Assembly (NCBI RefSeq): GCF_006345805.1
Contig: NC_043013.1
Span: 6,262,001-6,326,000 of the forward strand
DNA length: 64,000 nucleotides
Origin: Octopus sinensis
Taxonomy: Eukaryota
Reading direction: 5' to 3'
Of the stretch, positions 41,688 through 53,525 are shown piece after piece. The number at the start of each line of letters is the position of its first letter. Within the stretch, counting starts at the first letter, position 1. A model generated the notes under the pieces. It did no database searches. It was given only the letters and a program-made list of their open reading frames with translations, and was not told the origin of the DNA. Position numbers and translations under genes: made by a program.

Positions 41688-42049
41688 CTGAAAGAGAGAA
41701 ACAGATTCAGAATTACAGCAAGGAAGTCGGACATTTTCTTACTTTACTGTGATATGAAAGAAAACAAATAGGTGCAAGAGTGGCTGTGTGGTAAGTAGCT
41801 TGCTTGCCAACCATATGGTTCCGAGCATAAAGCAAGCATGTCCAATAGAGGGCATTCTGAGCTGGCTATTTTATTTTAATACTTTTTTGTCTTAGGTGAG
41901 AAATCTTTCTTCATAACAAACTGCAGTGAAATTGCTCCCAAGTATATTTGAAATGGTCTTAAGTTAGTATTTATTTAATTATTACATAATATATTACTGA
42001 AATTTTGGTTGGATGAGTAGCAGCTAAATTGAGGAAAAAGGGAAAGTTA

Positions 42050-42775
42050 GTTAGTTAGTTAATTTTTTGGCTCAAAAAGCAAAAAGCAAGGCCATGTAGG
42101 GGGATATGGAATTATGTACAGGGTGGTGTTCATGTAAAGAATTCAGGCCACTTGAGGTCAAGGGAGACTTTGAACCGAGCGGTCATCGGCATCTTCACCA
42201 TCTCGTCTGGCAGCTTATTCCACGGATCCGCAACCCGGACAGAGAAAGCCCCCCTCCTTCGATTGAGATGAAATCGTCGCAGATAGAGCTTTTCGGAATG
42301 ACCATGCAGCTGACGCTCTGGAGCAGGAGTGAAGAACAGCTCTTTCGAGAGATTACACTTTCCGCTTATGATGTTGTGAGCAAGAATGAGATCTCCACGG
42401 CGTCGTTGTTTTTCTAGAGAATAAAGGTCGAGTGTCTTCAGCCTTTCTTCATAAGACAAATTCTTGAGACCAAGAACCATGCGGGCAGCCAGCTTCTGGA
42501 CTCTTTCAAGATGCTGTATGTCTTTGAGGAGATAAGGAGAAGAGGCTTGAATCCCGTACTCCAATATGGGTCTCACCAGCGTGACATAGAGTGGTAGGAA
42601 TATGGCTGCTGTGAGCATTCCGAATGACCATCGAATCAAGAACAGAAATCCGCGTGCTTTGTTGGCAGCATGGACACACTGGGCCGAAGGCGAAAAGGAG
42701 GAATCCACCAAGATACCCAGGTCCTTTACCTGATCGGTTCTTTCCAGCAGCAGACGACCCGGCTCAAAATCAAGT
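42050..42775 (-). mobile_element. CR1-clade LINE 3' end with (AACT)n-type tail
   Basis: LYVTLVRPILEYG..LERVQK..LSYEERLKTLDLYSLE..RRRGDLI..FSVRV..WNKLP. Confidence 0.95.
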
Positions 42776-42857
42776 TGAGATGGGGAGTCTGTTGTTGGTG
42801 CTTAAATGAGATACCAACTTGCCTGAGACTGCCTCTGGTTCCTTGATACAAATCTCC

Positions 42858-43163
42858 TACAGTTCTGTATTTTAGAGATGAGGAATTATGTACATTATTT
42901 ACATTTGACAGATGTTTGTCCTCTTGTTTGTTGTTAACACGTTTCATCTGATGTATTCTCCAACCTTCATCAGGTGTCCTGGGGAAATTTCGAACCTGAG
43001 TTCTCATTCCTAAGGTAATTTTAGATGTCATCGTAGTCGTCGTCGTCGTCGCTGCCACCACCACTGTTACCATCGTCATCATCATTGTTGTTGTTCAGAT
43101 CCCTGCCTGGAATCAAACTACGAATCTTGGGGTTAGTAGCCCACGCTCTTAACCACTATGCCA
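42858..43163 (-). mobile_element. HHR-SINE copy 1: tRNA-like head, triplet microsatellite, hammerhead-like segment
   Basis: Head TGGCATAGTGGTTAAGAGC; CTGATGA at 42967-42973 and GAAAC at 42941-42945 on minus. Confidence 0.8.
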
Positions 43164-43187
43164 CTGACCTGAATAACAATAATAATA

Positions 43188-43491
43188 AGTACTCCACTAT
43201 CATACCAATACAGCGCAATGCCTGAGTATTCCAGTATCATAACAAAATGGTGCGATGCCTGAGTACTCCAGTATCATAACAAAACGGTGCAATGCCTGAG
43301 CACTCCAGTATCATATCAATACAGCGCAATACCTGAGTACTCCAGTATCATACCAAAATGGTACAATGCCTGAGTACTCCAGTATCATACCAATACAGCG
43401 CAATGCCTGAGTATTCCAGTATCATAACAAAACGGTGCAATGCCTGAGCACTCCAGTATCATATCAGAATGGTACAATGCCTGAGTACTCC
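43188..43491 (-). repeat. Same 37-bp minisatellite, ~8 copies, inverted orientation
   Basis: AGTATCATAACAAAATGGTGCAATGCCTGAGTACTCC is the reverse complement of the 38271 unit. Confidence 0.95.
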
Positions 43492-43809
43492 CTAATGCTG
43501 GCGGTCCTGCGCCAGCCCCTCTGCATCCTCCAAGATATCAAGCTTCTGGAGATCTTCCTTAATCACCTCCAACCAGCTGATGTATGCATTTTGAACTCAT
43601 TACTTCTCATCAGCTCCAGATACCAAGGGAAGTCACTCTGAGCTCACCAGTAAGATTTGCTCCCTATGTCATTAATCAGTCGATATTATTGACTGATAGT
43701 ACACATTGGCTGCCAGGCTGGAACACATTAGTCATAGAAAGAAACACAAACTTAAGACCAATTCAAATATGTTTGAGAGGTATTTGAACCTGTAAAGGCT
43801 TTTATCTTA

Positions 43810-44212
43810 AGTGTCCGTTGCCAGCCTTGCCTGGCCCCCGTGCCGGTAGCACGTAAAGGCACCATCCGTTCGCGTCCGTTGCCAGCCTCGCCTGGCCCCC
43901 GTGCCGGTAGCACGTAAAAGCACCATCCGTTCGTGTCCGTTGCCAGCCTCACCTGGCCCCCGTGCCGGTGGCACGTAAAAACACCATCCGTTCATGGCCG
44001 TTTGCCAGCTCTGTCTGGCACCTGTGCAGGTGGCACGTAAAAAGCACCCACTACACTCACGGAGTGGTTGGCATTAGGAAGGGCATCCAGCCGTAGAAAC
44101 ACTGCCAAATCTGACTGGGCCTGATGAAGCCTTCCGGCTTCACAGACCCCAGTTAAACCGTCCAACCCATGCTAGCATGGAAAACGGACGCTAAATGATG
44201 ATGATGATGATG
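43810..44212 (+). mobile_element. RTE 3' UTR element with 3-4 tandem ~61-bp units
   Basis: gtccgttgccagcc..gtgccggtagcacgtaaaa repeated, then family tail. Confidence 0.88.
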
Positions 44213-44253
44213 AGGGTTTTTTCTCCCTGACAAACTGAGGAGCTTTTACTTAC

Positions 44254-44478
44254 ATTTCTTCTGATGTTCATTGAGTAGATCAAAGAAACTGCGATGTGTC
44301 GCTGAGTCACTCATGTTAACAAAGAATTTCCGATTGTCATCAACGGCCACACCTTCCTCGTTTGTTTGTTTCGTGTTTGGACTGGAAGATTCTTTGTAAA
44401 CTGGAGTGGAGTTATTACATGCTTCTGTTTTGTGTATTGTCAAATTTGTGTCAAGAATCACATCACCAAACTCAATAC
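44254..44478 (-). CDS. REXO5: REXO5-like exon i: (S)IEFGDVILDTNL...SFFDLLNEHQKK
   Basis: ttttccag acceptor, T|gtaagt donor; open frame; phase 1->1. Confidence 0.9.
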
Positions 44479-44539
44479 CTGGAAAATGAAGCAAGGTAAG
44501 AGATAAGACAATCCTGGAGACACTTGTTGGGAAACAGAT

Positions 44540-44826
44540 GTACAGCCATACAGGTAAATAGGTATTCAACTAACTGGACATACAGACATGCAGTCATACA
44601 GGTAAACAGACATACATGTAGACAGTTACACAGGTAAACAGACATAATAGTAAAATAGATACACAAGAAAAAGACATACAGGTAAATAGATATAGGTAAA
44701 CAGATAAACAAGTAATCAGATATACAAGTAATTAGATATACAGGTAAACAGACATACAGGTAAGTGGATAAACAGGTAAGGAAGCAGACATACAGGTAAG
44801 TGGATAAACAGGTAAGGAAGCAGACA
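44540..44826. repeat. Degenerate ACAGGTAA-based tandem repeat including a 36-bp exact duplication
   Basis: About 10 CAGGTAA-like motifs; 44748-44783 repeated at 44784-44819. Confidence 0.85.
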
Positions 44827-44900
44827 TTCTTGCATGCAGTTGTAGTTCATTGTTCAGGAGAACAAATTCTGGGGTCATCAACAATACTGAAGGGACTTAC

Positions 44901-44989
44901 TGTTTTTCAGTTTTAACTGCACCAATTGCAGGCTGGCAGCTGCATCTTCCACTGAATTGTGGCCACTGTCTCCAGTCTGAATCTGTTTA
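44901..44989 (-). CDS. REXO5: REXO5-like exon h: KQIQTGDSGHNSVEDAAASLQLVQLKLKN (Exo III, DEDDh)
   Basis: ttccttag acceptor, A|gtaagt donor; GHxSxEDA catalytic motif; phase 2->1. Confidence 0.95.
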
Positions 44990-45514
44990 CTAAGGAATAA
45001 AGAAAGAAATAAACAAACAAAGAACTCTATGAAAGATTTTGACTAATCCCTCTTAACATCACTCACTCGTTAAAAAAAAAAAAAAATTCCAACACACAGA
45101 TTCATGTAAATGAGTCCTGTTTGTAGTAGTAGTAGCAGGAGGAGGAGGAGGGGGAGGAGGAGGGGGAGGAGGAGGAAGAAGAAGAAGAAGGAGGAGGAGA
45201 AGAAGAAGAAGGAGGAGGAGAAGAAGAAGAAGAAGCCACCATCATCATCGTCATGGTTTTAATGTTCACTTTCCCATGATTGCATGGGTCAGACTGAGTT
45301 TTAATTGAGACAGGTTTTCTATGACTGGATGCCCTTCCTGTTGCCAACACATACCTGGTTTCAGGCAAGGTAACATCTCCCAATGACCAGACATGCTTGC
45401 AAAACTCATTTACAACTATCATACTATACCAAGACAAAACACACACATATATACATGGTGTGACAGTGCACCCATCCCAAACAATAAGGCAACTTGTTGA
45501 GGAACTGTTGCCAT

Positions 45515-46755
45515 TGTAGAGTTTGGGGAAATGTTGCACATTTGAGATTCTTTCATTGCAAGGTTTAGAAGGAGCTTCAACATGGAATGAGCAGAGGGTA
45601 GTTGCAGAGAAACTAACTTTTGTATGTGAAAGGTGCACAGGCATAATAAATTCTGAACATGTGCAGAAAATAGACTCCATCAACTGGCAGAGGGGCAAGC
45701 TAGAGGTAGAAGATAGCTTCTAGTATCTAGGTGACCAAGTTAGTAGGTGGTTGTTCCGAGAGAATAGCTGTGAGAATAAGATTAGGCTGGGCAAAGTTCA
45801 GAGAGCTCCTACCTCTGTTGGTAACAAAGGGCCCCTCTCTCAGAGTGAAAAGCAAATTGTTTTATGCCTGAGTACGAACAGCTATGCTGCATGGTAGTGA
45901 AACATGGGCTATAACAGCTGAGGACATGTATAGGCTTGAAAGAAATGAAACCAGTCTGATTCACTGGATATGTGATGTCAGTGTGCATGTGTGATAGAGT
46001 GTAAACATCTTGAGAGAAAAGTTAAGAAGAATCAGATGTGTGCAAGAGAGACGACTGCGCTGGTATGGTCATGTGATGTGTATGGACGAGTACAGTTGTG
46101 TAAAGAAGTGCTGATCTCTAACTGTGGATGGAACCTGTGGAAGAGGTGCACCCAGGAAGACATGGAACATGGTGGTGAAGCATAACCGTTAAACTTTGAA
46201 CCTCACAGAGGCAATGATTAGTGACCGAAACCTTTGGTGATGTGCTCTACTTAAGAGGACTCATCAAGCCAAGTGCACCCATGCTTGTGACATGTTAAAA
46301 AAAAAAAAATCAACCTTTCAACTTTGTGCCTGATGGAGGCAAAGTGACTGAGTTCCTTTCAAGCAGGCCTCACAGAGGCAAGGTGGCTGAGTTCCTTTTG
46401 AGTATTGGGCCTTATGGAGGCAAAGTGGCCAAGCTCTTTTCAAGTGTTGGGCCTCACAGAGGCAATGACCAAGACCTTTGGCATTATGTCATGCTTGAGA
46501 AGAGGACCCATCAAGCCAAGCAAAATCACAGTCGTAGCAGATACTGGTGTCACACAAATAGCATCCATGCCGGTGGCATGTAAAAACACCCATTACACTC
46601 ACGGAGTGGTTAATGTTAGGAAGGGCATCCAGCCATAGAAAACCATGCCAAATCAGACTGGAGTCTGGTGCAGCCTTCCAGCATGCCAGCCCAGTCAAAC
46701 CATCCAACCCATGCCAGCATGGACAACGGACGTTTAATGATGATGATGATGATAA
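45515..46755 (+). mobile_element. RTE-clade LINE 3' part (degenerate RT C-terminus + UTR with (GAT)n tail)
   Basis: DSF.YLGD..RIRLGWAKFRELLPLL..K..MLHGSETWA..RLERNE; UTR matches the dispersed RTE-tail elements. Confidence 0.85.
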
Positions 46756-47399
46756 TAAATACACTAGTGCATGGAAACACACACACACATATAAACAAAT
46801 GCACACACACACACACAAGCACAGAAATATGTCATGGCTTTTGTACAGTTTCTGTTTCTCAAACATTACTCATAAGATATCAATCCCTTGCAGCTTTAGT
46901 AAAAGACACTTGCCCAAGGGGGCCACACAAAGGATCAAACCCAAAACTTTGTAGTTGTGGAACAAGCTACTTAAGCCACACAGCCATGCCTGTATCAATT
47001 ATAGTTGATGAAGTGCTTTGCTACGTTGCAATGTGGAACACTGAATATCTGTCCTCTGCTACAAATAGGAATGGACAGCGGTGGGATGGGTGAGAGTTAT
47101 TACAATGTTTCCAGATACACAAAACATGGAAATGAAAATCTGCAGCGATGTCTCGACAATCCAGTGGGTTGCCAGTGTGGGTCACGTGAAATAGAAACAC
47201 GACATAGAAGATGGTAATTTATTTAGAATTTATAGCAATACGAGAGAAAGAAAATATGAAGATGATTATGATAGCAATGATGATGATGATGATGATGATA
47301 ACAACAGTAATGAAATGATGACTCATGTTGTTGCTGTTGATGATGACAGAGAAGATGATAATGATTATTATTATTGTTATTATTAGTATTATTATTATT

Positions 47400-47951
47400 G
47401 AGTGAGAGAGCAGTGCATGCCATCAAAGTGACACTGGGGTAAAATATACGAAGCCCAATATACCCATCATGACTACCTGTCTGATAAGGGTACACCAGGC
47501 ACATGCATCACAACCATATGTGCACGACAATGATCACATATCAAGATAAACAGTGCATGACCTTGCAGGTGGGGCCCAGTTAGAATTTTCTTCAGGTTGA
47601 GGAGCCCATCCCACTCAAAAGGTCCCTGAATAAGGATTGTTTAAGGACGTTGAAAGAACCACCCATGTTTCCAAAGGTTAATTATAAAACCTTCAAGAAT
47701 TCCTCTCAACACATGGCTATGATGCTCCCCCACTACTTCTGCTCATGATCAGAGATGCACATATCGTCAGCCACTAAGGGACATGCTCAACTGGTTAAGG
47801 TCAAACAACTGACAAGCAAATCTGTGGTATTGAGCAGAATATTTGCTGTAGCCCATCTTTTATACCAAGACAAAACAATGTACATGGTAACACTTCCAAT
47901 CAGTTAAGATCAGAAGCCCTGAGAGCCACTATCTGGTACTGCATCAGGGCA
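47400..47951 (-). mobile_element. E560 copy 3
   Basis: Reverse complement of 7709-8263; (TAT)n on both sides. Confidence 0.9.
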
Positions 47952-48039
47952 TTTATTATTATTATTATTATTATTACTATTATTAGTATTAGTATTATTA
48001 TTATAATGCCAGTTCTTGAAATGGTGGAGAAGGACTTAC

Positions 48040-48140
48040 CCAAGGAAATATTCGGTCAGCTTCTTCAATTTGCTCTTTTGATATTTGAATCCAGAGAGAT
48101 TGTAAATTGTGCTGGTGTCAATGACGTAAGGGTGAAACAT
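48040..48140 (-). CDS. REXO5: REXO5-like exon g: MFHPYVIDTSTIYNLSGFKYQKSKLKKLTEYFL(G)
   Basis: ccacag acceptor, GG|gtaagt donor; HPYVIDTS motif; phase 0->2. Confidence 0.95.
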
Positions 48141-49104
48141 CTGTGGTTAAAAACAAACAGAAACAGGATTTGAAGATTGGGCTTCACAACCAGTCAAAAT
48201 GATGTGAGGCAAGGTTTATCAAGCTGTCAATAATATCATCATCATTTAAAGTCTACATTTCCATGCTTGCATGGCTGGGTCAGATAGAATTTACTGGGGC
48301 AGATTTTTTACAGTTGGATGTCCTTCCTGTCACCAACCCTCACTTGTTTTCGAGTAAGGTAATATTTCCCCATGGCCAGACAATATTCTCACTGAATACT
48401 GGAAATGAATGACACTGCTTGTATAACAGTGAGACTCATTTACAACATGACAAAAACACACATACATTCTTACATACACATATACAATGGCCTTTTTGGG
48501 GGGGGGTTCTATCGATCAAATACACATACGACTGCATTAGTCAGTCCAGAGTATTTGCCCAAAGTGCCATACAGTTGGACTGAACCTGAGACCATGTGGT
48601 TTTGGAAACAAACTTCCTAACCACCCAGCCACACTATATAGATATATGTATGAGTGTGTGTGTGTGAGATTTTATTTAATTGCTGAATATAGGGGACAGC
48701 AGAGGACTGCGTTCACAATAACATGATCTAGGTAACTTCATATGATATTTAAGGGTCAACACAAATATATTCATAATCCTTGACAATTAGAGATTTCTGA
48801 GTCAACATGGGTCTGTTCTCTATAACTGGTCCAAGGATTTTGAAAATCAAGAGATACATCCGCTTGACCAAAAATTAAAAATATGCCACTAAATACGGGG
48901 CCAAAATTAATATAGTTGGGAGGGATTTGAAGGTCAAAACAAAGACAAGACGGACACAACACATTCTTTTATTGGTTCCAGCCTGTTGGCAGTGGCCATA
49001 CTGGAGTAAAATTCAACAAAACTGTGTTCATTATAACTGGGTTAAATAACGAGACAGACATATCTTGAAAGAGGGCCAACCAAAAAACACAACGAAAAAA
49101 GTGA

Positions 49105-49245
49105 AACATTATTTACATTTGACAGATATTTGTCCTCATCTTGTTTGTTGTTAACACAACGTTTCAGCTGATATACCCTCCAGCCTTCAACAGGTGTCTT
49201 GGGGAAATTTTGAACCTGGATTCTCATTCGTAAGGTATTTTTCGA

Positions 49246-49283
<38 letters not shown>

Positions 49284-49350
49284 TCGCTGCCTGGAATCAA
49301 ACTCGGAATCTTGGGGTTAGTAGCCCGCGCTCTTAACCACTATGCCATAT
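49105..49350 (-). mobile_element. HHR-SINE copy 2
   Basis: Head 49280-49350, (AAT)n, hammerhead-like 49154-49197. Confidence 0.85.
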
Positions 49351-49355
49351 ACCTG

Positions 49356-49989
49356 TGGGTGTAGTGGTTAAGAGCGCAGGCTACTAACTCCAAGATTCCG
49401 AGTTCAGTTCCAGGCAGTTACCTAAATAATGATGATGATGATGATGGTGATGACTGATGATGATGATGATGATGCCCTGATGCAGTACCAGGCAGTGGCT
49501 CTCATGACTTCTGATCTTAACTGATTGGAAGTGCTATGATGTACATTATTTTGTCTTGGTATAAAAGATGAGCTATAGCAAATATTCTGCTCAATACCAC
49601 AGATTTACTTGCCAGGTGTTTGACCGTAACCAGTTGACCATGTCCATTAGTGGCTGACAATAAATGTATCTCTGATCACAAGCAGAAGTAGTGGGGGAGC
49701 ATCATAGCCGTGTGTTGAGAGGGATTCTTAGAGGTTTAGATAATTCACTTTTGGAAACATGGGTGGTTCATTCGACATCCTTAAACAATCCTTATTCAGG
49801 GATCTTTTGAGCGGGATGGGCTACTTGACCGGAAGAAAATTCTAACTGGGCTCCACCTGCATGTGCCTGGTGTACCCTTATCAGATGTGTAGTCAAGATG
49901 GGTGTACTGGGCTTTGTATATTTTACCCCAGTGTCATTTTGATGGCATGCACTGCTCTCTCACTCAATAATAATAATATAATAATAATA

Positions 49990-50027
<38 letters not shown>

Positions 50028-50201
50028 TCGAAAAATACCTTACAAACGAGAACCCAGGTTCAAAATTTCTCCAAGACACTTGACAAAGGCTGGAGGGTAT
50101 ACCAGCCAAAATATTATGTTAACAACAAACATGATGAGGAGAAATATCCGTCGAATGTAAATAGTGTACAAAATTCCTTTTCTCTTAAATATAGAACTGT
50201 A
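49356..50201 (+). mobile_element. HHR-SINE copy 3, head-to-head with copy 2, interrupted by E560
   Basis: Head 49356-49430; hammerhead-like 50076-50119; tail ..cttaaatatagaactgta. Confidence 0.85.
49473..49965 (+). mobile_element. E560 copy 4 (internal ~60-bp deletion)
   Basis: Same ends; inserted in (GAT)n. Confidence 0.88.
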
Positions 50202-50244
50202 TCAAAAAAGAGAAAGCCAAAAAATATTAAGAAAGAAGTGTGAC

Positions 50245-50383
50245 CTTTAAGCTGTCCAAGTCGAAGTTAAGAGAGTGACCACACAAGATGGCATCTTTAG
50301 GAAGAAGAGTCCGGAACTTGTTCTGAACATCTTTCAATGTAGTACATACCGGTCTCATCATCTCTTCATTGATTCCACTGTAT
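50245..50383 (-). CDS. REXO5: REXO5-like exon f: YSGINEEMMRPVCTTLKDVQNKFRTLLPKDAILCGHSLNFDLDSLK (Exo II)
   Basis: ttgatag acceptor, AAG|gtcaca (weak) donor; GHSLNFD motif; phase 2->0. Confidence 0.95.
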
Positions 50384-51039
50384 CTATCAAAACACCAATA
50401 AAATATATATACATAAATATATACATACATAATCATACACACAAAGAATTTTTTTTCTGTCTTTGGAACAGTGAGATTTGAATAATAATAATGATGATGA
50501 TGATGATGATGATGATAATAATAGCTTGTGAATACTGAGTTAAAGAATACTTTGGATATAAAAAGCAGAAGGCTGCCCCAAAATAATATATATATATATA
50601 TATCACACACACATATATATCCATATATATATATATATATATTCTTTTATTCTTCTTTTACTTGTTTCAGTCATCTGACTGGAGCCATGCTGGAGCACAA
50701 CATACATATATACACATCATATATATGTGTGTGTGAGTATAATTATAATTATTAGGGGTGGGGTGGGGGGGGCTATTCACAATTTACAACCAAAAGGCAA
50801 CAAGTGTAGTCATCACTAAGGTTCAGAGGGTGCTAGTGAACACTGGCATTGCTAGAAATAAGAGTCAAAACAAAACTTAACCACATGAGAGCACTTTCTT
50901 AATGACTGACAAGGAAGACAAGCTCTCTCCCTACGACAAGCAAGATGGAGTCACATCAGTGCTCTCTCTCTCTCTCTCTCTTTATATATATGTGTGTGTG
51001 TGTGTGTATAAATACATATATATAAATATGTATACATAC

Positions 51040-51072
<33 letters not shown>

Positions 51073-51284
51073 ATATATATATATATAGTTATATATAGAT
51101 AACTTTCATCATCATCATCATTTAATGTGCATTGTCCATGCTGGCATGGGTTGGACATTAAATGATGATGATGATAGATGTGTGTGTATATATATACTCA
51201 CACACACAAGTATGTATGTACATTTCATCATCATTTAAATGGATATTAAAAGATAATGGTGCACACACACACACACACACACAC

Positions 51285-51610
51285 ATATCATCATCGTTTA
51301 ACGTCCATTTTCCATGCTAGCATGGGTTGGACGGTTCGACCGGGGTCTGGGAAGCCAGGAGGCTGCACCAGGCCCCAGTCTGATCTCGCAGTGTTTTTAC
51401 AGCTGGACGCCCTTCCTAACACCAACCACTCTGTGAGTGTAGTGGGTGCTTTTTACGTGCCACTGGCACAGATACCAGGCGAGGCTGGCAACGGCCATGA
51501 TTGGTTGGTGCTTTTTACATGCCACCAGCACGGAAGCCAGTCAAGGTGGCACTGGCATCGGCTACGTTCGGATGGTGCTTTTTACGTGCCACCAGCACAG
51601 GTATCATAAC
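51285..51610 (-). mobile_element. RTE-tail element with internal repeats
   Basis: Family match. Confidence 0.85.
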
Positions 51611-52423
51611 TACAATTTCCATTTGATTTTTTTATGTTGATGAACTTGACTCAATAGGTCTCCTCATACACATATAAGTATAAATATATACATATAGATA
51701 TATCTCAATAGCTCAAAAGGATCAAGGTTCTCTCTGAGATGTAGACTCATAAGCATGGCTTCTCCGATTCTGTGGTATATATTCCACCCTACCCTACTGT
51801 AGTAGGGGACACTGGCCATTGCAAGATTTCTCAATTTTTGCCAGCTAAATGACCGGGAGCAATCTGAAATGAAGCATTGTGTTCAAGAACATAGTGCAGT
51901 GGCTGGTCCAAGAATTGAAACCACAATCTTACAATCTTGAGTGCAACACCCTAACCATTAAACCACATCCCCACACACACACATTTACATATACACCTGT
52001 ATACATATGCATACACACACACACATATATATACATACACATATGTACACACACACATATTCTCACTGAATACTGGAAATAAACGACACTGCTCTTATGA
52101 CAGTGACACTCATTTACAACTATCATGTGACACAAACACACATACATTCTAACATACATATATATGGTAGGATTTTTTCTTTTTTTTTGGGGGTTTCCAT
52201 CAACCTAATCAACAAAAATGTGTTCATTACAACTGGGTTAGATAATGAGACAAAGACATCTCTGAGTCAAAGTTAAGAGAGTGACCACACAAGATGGCAT
52301 TCTTACATTTTTACAAACACATATGGTGGGCTTTATATACATATATATATATATATCATTATCACTTAATGTGTTTTCCATACTAGCATGAGCATGAATT
52401 GGGAATATACATATATAACATGC

Positions 52424-52617
52424 TCTTTTACTTGTTTCAGTCATTTGCCTGCAGCCATGCTGGAGCACCGCCTTTTAGTCGAGCAAATCAACCCCAGGAC
52501 TTATTCTTTGTAAGCCTAGTACTTATTCTATTGTTCTCTTTTGCCGAACCGCTAAGTTACAGGGACATAAACATTGGTTGTCAAGTGATGTTGGGGGAAC
52601 AAACACAGACACACATA

Positions 52618-52663
<46 letters not shown>

Positions 52664-52852
52664 TAGATAGATAGATATATACATATATACGACGGACTTC
52701 TTTCAGTTTCTGTCTACCAAATCCACTCACAAGGCTTTGGTTGGCCCGAGGCTATAGTAGAAGACACTTGCCCAAGGTGCCACGCAGTGGGAATGAAACC
52801 GGGACCATGTGGTTGGTAAACAAGCTACTTACCACACACAGCCACTCCTGCA
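52424..52852 (-). mobile_element. SINE-A full copy
   Basis: Reverse complement of 323-793. Confidence 0.85.
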
Positions 52853-53251
52853 CCTATATTCATGCACACATACATACCTTTGATGATATGCCATGCTTGA
52901 GAAGACCGGTCAAGTTATGTGAAATAGTAATAATTGGCACATAAAAAGCACCATCCGAGTGCAGGCCTCAAGGAGGCAATGTGGCCAATGCCAGTGTTGT
53001 GTAACTAATATTCGAGCTCTGGGCATCATGGAAGCAATGTGGCCAATGCTGGTGTCATGTAACTAGTACCCCTGCAAGTGGCATGTAGAAAGCAACTTTC
53101 AAGTGTTGGGCTTTATGGAGGCAATGTCCTGGAGAAGAAGACCCATCAAGCCAAGTGAAATCAGAGGCATGGCAGATATTGGTGTCACTTTAGATATAAA
53201 ACGTAGAAGGCTGCCCAACAATAATAAATAAATATATATATATATATACAT

Positions 53252-53525
53252 GTGGAGGTGCAATGGCCCAGTGGCTAGGGCAGCGGACTCGCGGTCGTAG
53301 GATCGCAGTTTTGATTGTGTGTGTTTATTGAGCGAAAACACCTAAAAAGCTCCACGATGTTCCGGCAGGGGGTGGTGATCCCTGCGGTACTCTTTCACCA
53401 CTCCTCCTCTCACTCTTTCTTCTGTTGGCCTGCTCGCTTAGCCAGTGGGGTGGCGTCATTCGAAGGCTAAAACAATGCGAACGCATTATGACCAGCGATG
53501 TGTAACAACATCTGATGGTCTGGTC
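53252..53525 (+). mobile_element. SINE-C copy
   Basis: Same head as 14836. Confidence 0.8.
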
